64,000 nt of DNA, from contig CAVYJM010000011.1 of assembly GCA_963768855.1 (NCBI GenBank), positions 128,001 to 192,000 of the forward strand, given 5' to 3'. Position numbers and translations under genes: made by a program. Of the stretch, positions 8,573 through 17,990 are shown piece by piece. This DNA comes from an uncultured Thermoplasmata archaeon. Lineage in GTDB: Archaea > Thermoplasmatota > Thermoplasmata > RBG-16-68-12. Position 1 is the stretch's first letter, and each line of letters begins with the position of its first letter. A model generated the notes under the pieces. That model made no database searches, was not told the DNA's origin, and worked only from the letters and a program-made list of their open reading frames with translations.

Positions 8573-9525
8573 ATGCCCTGAAGGCCTTGGGCAGGGGTCC
8601 GCCTCGCGGCGGGCATCCCTGACGCATTCCTTTCCTCGTTTTTCTTCCTCTTTCCCTCTTTTGATATTCGATCTGCTACGCGAAGCGGCTCGGGATACCG
8701 ATCCCTTGTGGCGCCCTGTGCGATTCGCAGCGCGGTGTCGAGTGTGATGCGATTCCCGACGGGCACGTAGAAGGCCCGGGACGCGCGCGCTGGGATCCAT
8801 GCGTATCCTTGCACGTCCCCTCCAATCTCGATGGGGACCGCCTCGTTCTCCAGGCGGTGCGGCCCGACCGGCTTTCCCACTAGCGGATGTTTCGCGATGC
8901 CGATGGTCGGGCTGTCCAGCGTCACGCCCGCGTAGCAGGCGAACCCGAATCGGATGGGATGAAGGCGGCCGTGTCCGTCGATCAACAGCACATCGGGCCT
9001 GTCCTTGAGTCCGTTGACCACCGCCTCGATCGCGGGCATCTCACGAAACGCCAGATAGGACGGGATATACGGGAAGTCGACTTCGAGTTCTCGTTCGGCC
9101 ACATCGAGGACTTCCAAACTCGCCGCATCGAGGGTGACCGCAGCCGCGAACGCCCGGTTCCCGATGTAAGCCACATCGGCGCCACCGAGCGTCCGCACAT
9201 GATGGAAATCGTCCGCCTCCTGCACACGCCTCGCGAGGCGTTCCTGCTCCGAGCGCAGTTCGGTCAGAAGGGGAATGCCCTCAAGGTGATCCACGAGACG
9301 GTCCGGGCGCACTCGGCCGACAGAGCGGCCTCCAGCGGGGCTCCCGTCCGCGCGGACGACCTTCCCCTCGGGGTCGAGGTCGGGGTGATCGACGAGCCAG
9401 GCGGCCACGGCTCGCGCAGCGCGGACGTCGCCGAGGGCCCGCGCCACCGTGCCATACGTCGCCGCTCTTCCAGGTGGGATTTCCCGGACGCAAGCCACGA
9501 GCGCTTCCGTGAATCGGTGCGCCAC
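8569..9525 (-). CDS. nfi: Alkyltransferase-like HTH domain fused to endonuclease V
   Basis: N-term IPPGRAATYGTVARALG..RAV; EndoV GADVAY, YIPSYLAFRE, LIDGHGRLHP, PTIGIAK, YPEPLR; GTG start after GGGGAGG. Confidence 0.88.
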   Translation of the reverse strand: MAHRFTEALVACVREIPPGRAATYGTVARALGDVRAARAVAAWLVDHPDLDPEGKVVRADGSPAGGRSVGRVRPDRLVDHLEGIPLLTELRSEQERLARRVQEADDFHHVRTLGGADVAYIGNRAFAAAVTLDAASLEVLDVAERELEVDFPYIPSYLAFREMPAIEAVVNGLKDRPDVLLIDGHGRLHPIRFGFACYAGVTLDSPTIGIAKHPLVGKPVGPHRLENEAVPIEIGGDVQGYAWIPARASRAFYVPVGNRITLDTALRIAQGATRDRYPEPLRVADRISKEGKRKKNEERNASGMPAARRTPAQGLQGI

Positions 9526-9589
9526 GCCTCCCCGAAGGGGTCGGTCCCCACAAAACCTTTCTAGGCTTCCCCCCATCGGCCGCAATGCG

Positions 9590-10876
9590 ATGTCCCTCCT
9601 CCTGAAAGGCGGGCTTGTGGTCACCCAAGACCCAGACCGGCGTGTTGTGCGCGAAGACCTCTTCGTGGACGGAGGACGGATTGCCGCGATCGGGAATGCG
9701 CCCGAGCAGGCCGATGAAGTTCTCGACTGCCGCGGGTGCGCCGTGCTTCCCGGTCTCATCAATCTCCACCAGCATGCGGCGAACACCCTGCTGAGGGGCA
9801 TCGCCGACGACGTCCCCCTGGAGGAAATGCTCACGAAGTCCTTCGCGGTGGACGCGAAGTTCACCCGCCGGGACGTGCAGATCGGCGCGCTCCTCGGCTG
9901 TCTCGAGATGATCCGGTCCGGAACGACGAGCTTTCAGGACCTCTTCTACTGGGAGGACGAGGTGGCGCGCGCGGTGCGGGAATCCGGGATGCGCGGATTC
10001 CTCTCCTGGGTCACGCTCGACGAGGCCTTCACGACGCAGCACGGCAATCCGGTGAAGAACGCGGAAGCGTTCGTCGCGAAGCATCGCGGCGATCCGCTCA
10101 TCACGCCGTCCGTGGGCGTGCAGGGTGTCTATGTGGCCTCCGAGGAAACCTTCCTCCGGGCCAAGGAAGCCGCCGTCCGCCTCGATGCCCGTCTCCACGC
10201 TCACCTTTCCGAGACGCGCAAGGAGGTCTACGATCACGTTGCGAAGACGGGTCAGCGGCCGACGGAGTGGCTGGACCGGATCGGCTTCCTCGATGCGCGC
10301 CTCAACGTCGCCCACGGAGTCTGGCTCACCCTGAACGAGGTGCGCATCCTCGCCCGCCGAGGCGTGAGCGTGGCCCACTGCCCCGTCTCCAACATGAAGC
10401 TCGCGTCAGGCGGAGTCGCACCGGTCCCCGAGATGCTGCGGGAGGGCGTGTGCGTCGGCCTCGGGACCGACTCGGCGCTCTCGAACAACTCCGCGGACCT
10501 CTTCTCCGAGATGAAGACTGCATGCCTCCTCCACAAGGCGACGCGGTGGGACGCCCGCGAGATGCCCGCGCGGCTAGCGCTCGACATGGTGACGATCGAG
10601 GCGGCGAGGGCCTTGGGCGTCGGGGAGCGGATCGGTTCCCTGGAGGTCGGCAAGCGCGCCGACATCGCCGTGGTCTCGCTCCACCGACCGCACACCACGC
10701 CTTTTTATCCAGCCAACGTCATCAGTCATCTCGTCTACAGCAGCCGAGGGAGCGATGTCCAGACGACGATCGTGGACGGCCAGGTCCTCATGGCCGGGGG
10801 CGTGGTGCGGACGGTCGACGAGGACGCCATCCTGGAACGCGCCCAGGAGACCGCGCGAGAGCTCCTCGAGGCGTGA
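9590..10876 (+). CDS. mtaD: Amidohydrolase, 5-methylthioadenosine/S-adenosylhomocysteine deaminase-like
   Basis: PGLINLHQH, HAHLSE, AHGVW, HCPVSNMKLASG, LGTDS..SNN. Confidence 0.8.
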   Translation: MSLLLKGGLVVTQDPDRRVVREDLFVDGGRIAAIGNAPEQADEVLDCRGCAVLPGLINLHQHAANTLLRGIADDVPLEEMLTKSFAVDAKFTRRDVQIGALLGCLEMIRSGTTSFQDLFYWEDEVARAVRESGMRGFLSWVTLDEAFTTQHGNPVKNAEAFVAKHRGDPLITPSVGVQGVYVASEETFLRAKEAAVRLDARLHAHLSETRKEVYDHVAKTGQRPTEWLDRIGFLDARLNVAHGVWLTLNEVRILARRGVSVAHCPVSNMKLASGGVAPVPEMLREGVCVGLGTDSALSNNSADLFSEMKTACLLHKATRWDAREMPARLALDMVTIEAARALGVGERIGSLEVGKRADIAVVSLHRPHTTPFYPANVISHLVYSSRGSDVQTTIVDGQVLMAGGVVRTVDEDAILERAQETARELLEA

Positions 10877-10879
10877 TCC

Positions 10880-11536
10880 TTGATCTGTGGTGTGGACGAA
10901 GCGGGCCGGGGGCCGGTCCTCGGTCCCCTGGTTGTCGCGGGCGTGATGGTCGAGTCCGACGTTCCGCTTCGGCATCTCAACGTGCGTGACTCGAAGAAGC
11001 TGTCTCCGGAGCGGCGCGAGCTCCTCGCCCCAGAGATTGAGAAGGTCGCGAAGTGCGAGGTCGTCGTCGTTCCCGCGACGGACATCGACGTGATGCGGGC
11101 CCAGATGTCCCTCAACGAATTCGAGGCCCAGCTGTTCGCACGAATCGTCGAGCGGCTCCACCCGGAAACCGCCTACGTCGACGCGGTCGACGTCGACGAG
11201 ATCGAGTTCAAGCGCGACATCCTGAAGCTCGTGCCGTTCGAAGTGGAGATCGTGTCGCAGCACGAGGCGGACGATCTCTTCCCCGTCGTGAGCGCCGCCT
11301 CGATCGTCGCGAAGGTCCGCCGGGACTCCGAGATACGCCGCATCGAGGCGGAGATCGGGGAGCCCATCGGTTCCGGATACCCATCCGACCCGGTGACCAT
11401 CGCGTTCCTGGAAAAGTGGATTAACGAGAAGGGGTCTCCGCCGCCCCACACCCGGTTGACTTGGGACACGACGCGGCGCCTTCTTGCCGAGTCCAAGAAC
11501 CGGAAGCTGGACGAGTACGTGCGGGGCAAGCAATGA
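10880..11536 (+). CDS. rnhB: Ribonuclease HII
   Basis: GVDEAGRGPVLGPLVV, DSKKLS, VSAASIVAKV.RD, GSGYPSDP. Confidence 0.97.
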   Translation: MICGVDEAGRGPVLGPLVVAGVMVESDVPLRHLNVRDSKKLSPERRELLAPEIEKVAKCEVVVVPATDIDVMRAQMSLNEFEAQLFARIVERLHPETAYVDAVDVDEIEFKRDILKLVPFEVEIVSQHEADDLFPVVSAASIVAKVRRDSEIRRIEAEIGEPIGSGYPSDPVTIAFLEKWINEKGSPPPHTRLTWDTTRRLLAESKNRKLDEYVRGKQ

Positions 11537-11862
11537 AGGATCTCCTCGAGGCCCTGATCGCGAAGTTCAACGCGAAAGTCGATGCCGATTCGGCCCTGAG
11601 TGCCGAGATCGGCGACCTGCAGAGGACCGTGCTGATCGAGCTCTCGAACGGGACGAAGTGGCACTTCACCCTCAAGGACCGCCACGTCGCCGGCCTCTTG
11701 GACGGCGGCGTCGAGCGGCCCGACCTCGCGCTGCTCACGGACGAGGAGACCCTGCGGGGCCTCCTTCTCCGGGAGATCGGCCCGTTCAAGGCCTACGCGA
11801 CCGGGAAGCTGAAGTTCAAGGGGAGCCTCGACGACCTCCTCCGGTTCCGCAAGTTCTTCTGA
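11533..11862 (+). CDS. SCP2 sterol/lipid-binding domain protein
   Basis: PDLALLTD...AYATGKLKFKGSLDDLL; ATGA overlap with rnhB. Confidence 0.85.
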   Translation: MKDLLEALIAKFNAKVDADSALSAEIGDLQRTVLIELSNGTKWHFTLKDRHVAGLLDGGVERPDLALLTDEETLRGLLLREIGPFKAYATGKLKFKGSLDDLLRFRKFF

Positions 11863-11879
11863 GAGCCGTCCGCGATAGG

Positions 11880-11900
11880 TTTAAACCCGAGGGGCCAATC
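11880..11900 (+). promoter_or_regulatory. tRNA promoter: TATA (TTTAAA) plus GCCAATC element
   Basis: TTTAAA at 11880, GCCAATC at 11894; same spacing upstream of tRNA-Ser. Confidence 0.6.
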
Positions 11901-11915
11901 CTCTCGAGCCGCGAT

Positions 11916-12051
11916 AGCGGGGTGGGGTAGCCAGGATATCCCGTCGGGCTCATACCCCGGGACTCCCGGGTCCCCGGTGAGACACCCGGAGATCGATGGT
12001 TCAAACGGTTCCGAGGACCTCCCTCGGTCCCTGAGATTCCATCCCCCGCTA
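11916..12051 (+). tRNA. Initiator tRNA-Met(CAT) with two BHB introns (11955-11983 at 37/38; 12006-12037 at 59/60)
   Basis: A1-U72 acceptor AGCGGGG/CCCCGCT, three G-C pairs in the anticodon stem, CAT anticodon, GATGG-TTCAAA|T-CCATC T arm; both introns form 4-bp helices with 3-nt bulges. Confidence 0.93.
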
Positions 12052-12174
12052 TGCCTCTTTTTGTGACCCGAAATCGCCTCGCGCCGTGCGAGGACCATCG
12101 CTACCATTGATTCTCAGGTCGCAACGTTTATCGTGGCACCCCTCGTCGGGCGGCCTATCTCTAGGCCGGAGCTT

Positions 12175-13257
12175 ATGGAACGGGTCAAGACAGGCGTCGA
12201 CGGCCTCGACGCAATGCTCAGCGGCGGGTTGCTTCCCGCGCGGCCCTATGTCATCTCGGGGCCGACGGGGAGCGGCAAGACGATCCTCGCAACACAGTTC
12301 CTGCTGGACGGGCTCAGGCGGAACGAGCCCTGCCTCCTCGTGACCCTCGACGAGCCGCCGATCGAGGTCAAGTCCAACATGGGGGTGTTCGGCTGGAATC
12401 TCGACCGGCTCAAGATCCTCGACGCTACGCCCGACGTGCGCGCGCACAAGCGTCAGCGCTCCGTGATCGACGTCGGGACGGCGCTCGACGTCCGGGACAT
12501 GGAGGACGTCAGCGACATCCGCCAGTCCTCCCAGATCCGGGCCCTCGAGGTGACCGTGCACAGCGTCCAGAAGATGATCAAGCAGGAGTTCTTCGGCCGA
12601 CTGGAGAAGACGAAGGAGCGCTACAAGCGCATCGTCATCGACTCGATGACCGCCCTGAAGATGTTCTCGATGAAAGGCGAAGACAGCCGTATCCTCATCC
12701 AATCCTTCATGCGCTTCCTCGCCGAGCTCGAGTCCACGACCCTGATCGTATCGGAGCACCTCGATCGCAAAGCGATCGAGACCGAGTTCTTCCTCAGCCG
12801 GGGCGAGGTCCGCCTCCACAAGTGGATCGACGGAGCGACCGTCCGGCGGGCCATCTCGATCGAGAAGTTCCGCGGCAGCCGGTTCGACGACCACATCCGG
12901 CCCCTCGCGATCACCTCGGGCGGGCTCGTCGTGTACCCGGACCAGCAGGTCGCGATGGTGAACGGCACGAGCGCGAAGGGGTCCGAGACCCTCCTCGAGA
13001 TGCGGATCATCGACGACGTGGCCAACGTGCTCGAGGCCGCCTTGCGCAAGGTCGACGAGGCCCAGCGGCGCCAAATTCCCATCAAGGACATTGAGGTCTC
13101 TCTCTCCCGCGCGATGCTCCACTTCCAGCGCAAGAACTACCAGAAGGCGCTGAAGCAGGCCCTGGCCTGCAACTCCGAGCTCGAGCAGCGCCTCGGGATC
13201 GTCCCGCCCCCGCCCGTGACTTCCGTTCCGCCGCCGCCGAAGGAGGTTGCGCCGTGA
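12175..13257 (+). CDS. KaiC/RAD55-like RecA-superfamily ATPase with C-terminal helical extension
   Basis: TGVDGLD.ML.GG, GPTGSGKT, TLDE, VIDS, IEKFRGS. Confidence 0.9.
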   Translation: MERVKTGVDGLDAMLSGGLLPARPYVISGPTGSGKTILATQFLLDGLRRNEPCLLVTLDEPPIEVKSNMGVFGWNLDRLKILDATPDVRAHKRQRSVIDVGTALDVRDMEDVSDIRQSSQIRALEVTVHSVQKMIKQEFFGRLEKTKERYKRIVIDSMTALKMFSMKGEDSRILIQSFMRFLAELESTTLIVSEHLDRKAIETEFFLSRGEVRLHKWIDGATVRRAISIEKFRGSRFDDHIRPLAITSGGLVVYPDQQVAMVNGTSAKGSETLLEMRIIDDVANVLEAALRKVDEAQRRQIPIKDIEVSLSRAMLHFQRKNYQKALKQALACNSELEQRLGIVPPPPVTSVPPPPKEVAP

Positions 13258-14042
13258 GCAGCGTCCCCAAGATCCGCACCGGCGTCCCGGGCCTCGACAA
13301 GATGCTCCACGGCGGCCTCGTGCCCGGACGTCCCTACATCCTCTCCGGACCGCCCGGGGCGGGGAAGACGATCACGAGCGTCCAGTTCCTCCGCGAGGGG
13401 CTCGAGGGCGGCGAGCGCTGCCTGTTCGTCGCGCTGGAGGAGCCGCCGAACGAGCTCAAGCTCAACATGCGTCCGTTCCGCTGGAACCTGGATGACCTGG
13501 AGGTCCTCGACGCAAACTCGGACATCCGACGGTTTGAGCCCACGCCTATCTTGGAGATCTCGACCGAAGAGGAGCCCGCGCGCCTGCGTGACCTGGACGA
13601 CCGGATCCGCAAGACGCCGGACTTCGAAAGCCGCGAGGTCACCGTGCACTCGCTCCAGCAGCTCTTGAAGAACATCTTCCTGAAGCGACAGTACCAGCGC
13701 GTCGTGATCGACTCGATCACCGCCCTGAAATACTTCTGTATGCGCGAATTCGAGGAGACCCTCACGACGCAGTCCTTCATGCGTTTCCTGGCGGAGTCCA
13801 AGGTCACCTCCCTCCTGACCCTCGAGCTCCCGGAGGAAGGCGAGGTCCCCCCCGAGGCGTTCTTGGCCCGCGGGGAAATCCGGCTCCACAAGTTCCGTGA
13901 CGACACCGGGATCAAGCGCTTCATCTCGATTGAGAAGTACAAGGGCTCGAGCCATGACGACGTCGTCTACCCGTTCGACATCACGAGCGGCGGAGTCGTG
14001 GTCCAGAGCGGCCCCTCGAAAGGCGTCGCCGCGGCCCTCTGA
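13254..14042 (+). CDS. KaiC/RAD55-like ATPase (paralog, KYKG variant)
   Basis: TGVPGLD, GPPGAGKT, LEE, VIDS, IEKYKGS; GTGA overlap with the upstream paralog. Confidence 0.9.
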   Translation: MSSVPKIRTGVPGLDKMLHGGLVPGRPYILSGPPGAGKTITSVQFLREGLEGGERCLFVALEEPPNELKLNMRPFRWNLDDLEVLDANSDIRRFEPTPILEISTEEEPARLRDLDDRIRKTPDFESREVTVHSLQQLLKNIFLKRQYQRVVIDSITALKYFCMREFEETLTTQSFMRFLAESKVTSLLTLELPEEGEVPPEAFLARGEIRLHKFRDDTGIKRFISIEKYKGSSHDDVVYPFDITSGGVVVQSGPSKGVAAAL

Positions 14043-14073
14043 ACGGGCCCGCGCGCACCCCCGCCATTGTCCC

Positions 14074-14118
14074 TTTGTCAACAGGTGTTGTCTGACAAAT
14101 GTATGACTACTTTTAAAT
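14074..14118 (+). promoter_or_regulatory. ftsZ promoter: inverted repeat TTTGTCA-N12-TGACAAA then TATA (TTTTAAAT)
   Basis: IR 14074-14099 with inner CAACA-GG-TGTTG; TATA 14111-14118. Confidence 0.55.
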
Positions 14119-14170
14119 ACCCTCACCCCGATGCGCCGGCAGTTACAGTCCGTCGGGATGGGATGGTTCA

Positions 14171-15316
14171 ATGAAGTCGCTTCTCAACGAAGCCCTCGCT
14201 CGGCACCAAGAGGCACAAGAACAGGAAGAGAAGGAGAAGGCTGCGGCGGCCGCGAAGCCGGAGACGGCGAAGAGCGCGGACGACTCGGACATCGAGAAAA
14301 TTGTCGAGTCGATCAACGTCTCGATCAAGATCGTCGGTTGCGGCGGCGGCGGTTCGAACACGATTGATCGGTGCAGCGAGGCCGGAATTTCGGGAGCCCA
14401 GCTGTGTGCGATCAACACGGACGCGAAGCACCTCCTATCCGTCCACGCTCCGAAGAAGATCCTCATCGGCAAGCGCCTCACGAAGGGGCTCGGTGCCGGG
14501 GCCCTTCCCGAGGTCGGCGAGCAGGCCGCCCACGAGAACGAGGAGGAGATCCGGGACTTCATCCGGGGCGCCCATGTCGTCTTCATCACGGCCGGGATGG
14601 GTGGCGGGACCGGGACGGGGTCCGCCCAGTACGTGGCCCACGTCGCCAAGGAAGAAGGTGCGCTCACGATGGGCGTCGTCACGATGCCGTTCAAGTCCGA
14701 GGGCCGCATCCGCATGGAGAACGCGGAGGCCGGCCTGGACAAGCTCCGCAAGTTCTGCGACACGACCATCGTCATCTACAACGACAAGCTCCTCGAGCTC
14801 GTCCCCCGGCTTCCAATCAACGCGGCCTTCAAGGTCGCGGATGAGATCCTCATGCAGTCCATCAAGGGCATGACGGAGATCATCACGAAGCCCGGGCTCG
14901 TGAACCTGGACTACGCCGACCTCATGACGATCATGAAGGGCGGCGGGGTCGCGATGATCGGGATTGGCGAGAGCGACGAGGAGCGGGACCGGATCGAGTA
15001 CGCGATCAACGAGGCGCTTGAGTCCCCGCTGCTCGGCGAGGTCGACCTGACCCACGCCCGCGGCGTGCTCGTGCGCGTCGTTGGCGGGCCCGACCTGACC
15101 GTGTCTGAGGCCGAGAAGGCCGCGGAGGTCGTCGGACAGAAGGTCAACCCGCAGGCCCGGATCATCTGGGGATGTTCCGTCGAACCGGACCTCCAGAACA
15201 CGGTCCAGGTGCTGCTCGTGATCACGGGCGTCAAGTCCAAGTCTTTGCTCGGCAAGGAAGTGAACACCGGGGCGGTCCGCCTCGGCTCCTCCTCCGAGGT
15301 TGACGAAGTACGCTGA
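14171..15316 (+). CDS. ftsZ: Cell division protein FtsZ
   Basis: [25 protein letters not shown] tubulin signature, VNLDYAD. Confidence 0.98.
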   Translation: MKSLLNEALARHQEAQEQEEKEKAAAAAKPETAKSADDSDIEKIVESINVSIKIVGCGGGGSNTIDRCSEAGISGAQLCAINTDAKHLLSVHAPKKILIGKRLTKGLGAGALPEVGEQAAHENEEEIRDFIRGAHVVFITAGMGGGTGTGSAQYVAHVAKEEGALTMGVVTMPFKSEGRIRMENAEAGLDKLRKFCDTTIVIYNDKLLELVPRLPINAAFKVADEILMQSIKGMTEIITKPGLVNLDYADLMTIMKGGGVAMIGIGESDEERDRIEYAINEALESPLLGEVDLTHARGVLVRVVGGPDLTVSEAEKAAEVVGQKVNPQARIIWGCSVEPDLQNTVQVLLVITGVKSKSLLGKEVNTGAVRLGSSSEVDEVR

Positions 15317-15321
15317 CCTCC

Positions 15322-15360
15322 TCCACCTTTTTCCCCAACCTTTTTCCTTTTCCCTTTCCT
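15322..15360 (+). terminator. Pyrimidine/oligo-T tract after ftsZ
   Basis: CTCCACCTTTTTCCCCAACCTTTTTCCTTTTCCCTTTCCT immediately after the stop. Confidence 0.55.
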
Positions 15361-15371
15361 CTCGGATCAGC

Positions 15372-15656
15372 ATGAGCACGCGTCGGCCGAGGTACCGCTA
15401 CATCGCGTTCCGCGTCGAAGGGCCGCGCCCCTTCACCCGGGACGAGGTCCTCGCGGCCCTGCATGGCCTCCCGGAGAGGCTCTGGCTGGTCGGATTCGAG
15501 GACCCCCGCGGCCTCGCGCGCTGTACCCATCTCCGGAAGGACGCGACGATCGACTCTTTGAGCGGTCTCCGCGCGATTGCCGGTCTCGGGGTGCGGGTCA
15601 CGACCCTCGGCACGTCCGGGACGATCCGTCGCGCCACAGAGAAGTATCTCTCCTGA
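15372..15656 (+). CDS. RNase P protein component Pop5 (Rpp14/Pop5 family)
   Basis: RPRYRYIAF...TLGTSGTIRRA; position directly before psmA. Confidence 0.85.
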   Translation: MSTRRPRYRYIAFRVEGPRPFTRDEVLAALHGLPERLWLVGFEDPRGLARCTHLRKDATIDSLSGLRAIAGLGVRVTTLGTSGTIRRATEKYLS

Positions 15657-15734
15657 CCTGCGGGCTCCCCGGGCCCGGTTCGAAAGAAGGCTTATAAGTG
15701 ACCGGACCATAAGCGGCCCTGCAAGAGGGACGTT

Positions 15735-16460
15735 ATGCAACCGGGCCAGATGGCATACGACAGGGCGATTACGGTCTTCAGCCCCGACGGGCGCCTGTTC
15801 CAGGTCGAGTACGCTCGCGTGGCGGTTACCCGAGGCAACACGACCGCCGGGCTGAAGTTCAAGAACGGCATCGTCCTCATGGCGGACAAGAAAATCGGCT
15901 CCCGTCTGGTCGAGACGTCCTCCATCGAGAAGATCTTCCAGATCGACGAGCACGTCGGCGCCGCGACGTCCGGCCTCGTGGCCGACGCCCGGGTCCTCAT
16001 CGACTATGCCCGGTTGGCAGCCCAGATCAACAAGGTCACCTACAGCGAGAAGATTGGCATCGATCTGCTCGTGAAGAAGATCTGCGACTACAAACAGAAC
16101 TACACGCAGTACGGCGGCGTGCGCCCGTTCGGGACCGCCCTCCTCGTGGCCGGGGTGGACGACCTCGGGACGCACCTGTTCGAGACGGACCCCAGCGGCG
16201 CCCTCGTGTCCTACAAGGCCGGATCGATCGGCGCGGGCCGGAACGCCGTCATGGAGCTCTTCGAGGAGAAGTACAAGGAGGGCATGACCCAGGATGAGGC
16301 TGTCCTCCTCGGTCTCGAGGCGCTCCAGAAGGCCTCCGAGGGAGAGAAGCTCGACGGCAAGACGATCGAGGTCGGCTTGGTCGCCGAGGGTCAGAAGTTC
16401 CGCCGGCTGAGCGAGCAGGAAGTCTCCGCGTACCTTGCGAAGCTGCCGGCCGCGGCCTAG
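15735..16460 (+). CDS. psmA: Proteasome alpha subunit
   Basis: [20 protein letters not shown] signature. Confidence 0.99.
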   Translation: MQPGQMAYDRAITVFSPDGRLFQVEYARVAVTRGNTTAGLKFKNGIVLMADKKIGSRLVETSSIEKIFQIDEHVGAATSGLVADARVLIDYARLAAQINKVTYSEKIGIDLLVKKICDYKQNYTQYGGVRPFGTALLVAGVDDLGTHLFETDPSGALVSYKAGSIGAGRNAVMELFEEKYKEGMTQDEAVLLGLEALQKASEGEKLDGKTIEVGLVAEGQKFRRLSEQEVSAYLAKLPAAA

Positions 16461-16468
16461 GCGAGGCC

Positions 16469-17209
16469 ATGCCCAAGGAGCTCCGCTCGGACCGCCGGGA
16501 TGACATCTTCAAGGAGTACGTCATTGCCCGCATCGAGAAGGCGGGCGAGAAGTTCGAGGTCCTCGTCAAGCCCGACGCCGTCCAGCGGCTCCGGGACGGC
16601 AAGGAAATCGATTTGATGGCGGAGCTTGCGATCGACCAGATCTTCAAGGACGCGCACAAGGGCTCGAAGGCGTCCGAGGAGAAGACCCAGGAGTTCTTCG
16701 GGACGACGGAGCCTCTGGCGGTGGCCAAGCAGATCATCCGCCACGGTGAGATCCAGCTGACGACCGAGCAGCGCCGCCAGATGCTCGAGCAGAAGCGCAA
16801 GCAGATCGTCCAGTACATCGCGCAGAACGCGATCAATCCCCAGACGGGCGCGCCCCACCCGCCGCAGCGCATCGAGATCGCGATGGAAGAGGCGAAGGTG
16901 CACGTCGACCCGTTCAAGGGGATCGAGGAACAGGTCAAGGACGTCATGGACGCCCTGCGCCCGCTCATCCCAATCCGGTTCGAGAAGGTCCGGATTGCGG
17001 TTCGCCTAACCGCGGAGGACAGCGCGAAGTCCTACGGCGACCTCAAGTCGTTCGGGACGATCCTGAGAGAGGAATGGTCCCCGACCGGTGCCTGGATCGG
17101 CGTCGTGGAGATGCCCGCAGGCATGCAGACTGACTTCTTCGACCGCATCAATGCGAAGACGAAGGGCAATGCGGAAATCAAAATCCTGAAAGCCGACCAG
17201 AAGATCTAG
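16469..17209 (+). CDS. Ribosome maturation factor SBDS/Sdo1
   Basis: [31 protein letters not shown]. Confidence 0.97.
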   Translation: MPKELRSDRRDDIFKEYVIARIEKAGEKFEVLVKPDAVQRLRDGKEIDLMAELAIDQIFKDAHKGSKASEEKTQEFFGTTEPLAVAKQIIRHGEIQLTTEQRRQMLEQKRKQIVQYIAQNAINPQTGAPHPPQRIEIAMEEAKVHVDPFKGIEEQVKDVMDALRPLIPIRFEKVRIAVRLTAEDSAKSYGDLKSFGTILREEWSPTGAWIGVVEMPAGMQTDFFDRINAKTKGNAEIKILKADQKI

Positions 17210-17282
17210 CGCCCGGGTCGAACACCCAAAACCTCAAGTAGCCGCCTCCGTTTCGACGGGCCTGCGTGAGAGAGAGAAACCA

Positions 17283-17978
17283 ATGGAAGAGCGCGGGGCG
17301 GTGCTTCGCCAGATCGTCATTCCGGGCGAAGCCGTCGGCGGGCCTGGCTTGAAACCGGGTCCCGGGACGTTCAAGTCGGGCGACCAGATCCTGGCGGCCC
17401 AGTTGGGGGTGCGCACGGAGCACGAAGGTCGCGTCAGCATCATCCCGCTGAACGGCCGGTACATCCCGCAACGCGGCGACGCGGTCGTCGGCGAGGTCAC
17501 CGACCTCGGACCGTCGCACTGGCTCGTGGATATCAACGCTCCGTATCCTGCCCCTCTCCACGCGACGGAGTCGCCTTGGCGGGTCGAATTCGGGGACACG
17601 GGCCGCTACCTCAAGGTCGGCGACGCGATCCTTGCGTTCGTCCTCAGCGTCGACGAGATCAAGCGTATCCAGCTCACGATGCAGGACCGTGATGCGCGGA
17701 AGCTCAATGGCGGCATGCTCATGGAGATTGCGCCCACGAAGGTGCCGCGGTTGATTGGGAAGCAGGGCAGCATGATCACGATGGTCAAGGAGCTGACCCA
17801 AACCCGCATCTACGTCGGGCAGAATGGACGCATCTGGATCGACGGCCCGGAGCAAGGCGCGGCGGCCGCCGTCCGGGCGATCCACTTCATCGAGGAGCGG
17901 GCGCAGGCCATCGGCCTCACTGAGGCGGTGCGCGACCTGCTGGAGAAGGAAACCCGAGGGACGGGTGTATCCTCCTGA
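17283..17978 (+). CDS. rrp4: Exosome RNA-binding subunit Rrp4
   Basis: IVIPGE, YIPQRGDAVVG S1 domain, KVPRLIGKQGSMI KH domain, GQNGRIW. Confidence 0.97.
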   Translation: MEERGAVLRQIVIPGEAVGGPGLKPGPGTFKSGDQILAAQLGVRTEHEGRVSIIPLNGRYIPQRGDAVVGEVTDLGPSHWLVDINAPYPAPLHATESPWRVEFGDTGRYLKVGDAILAFVLSVDEIKRIQLTMQDRDARKLNGGMLMEIAPTKVPRLIGKQGSMITMVKELTQTRIYVGQNGRIWIDGPEQGAAAAVRAIHFIEERAQAIGLTEAVRDLLEKETRGTGVSS

Positions 17979-17990
17979 GGGAGGCGTGAA

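Noticed and set aside
8569-11862. An inosine/ribonucleotide repair island (EndoV, deaminase, RNase HII)
   Set aside because: The deaminase looks like an MTA/SAH salvage enzyme and the proximity may be incidental; the sequence alone gives no support for co-regulation
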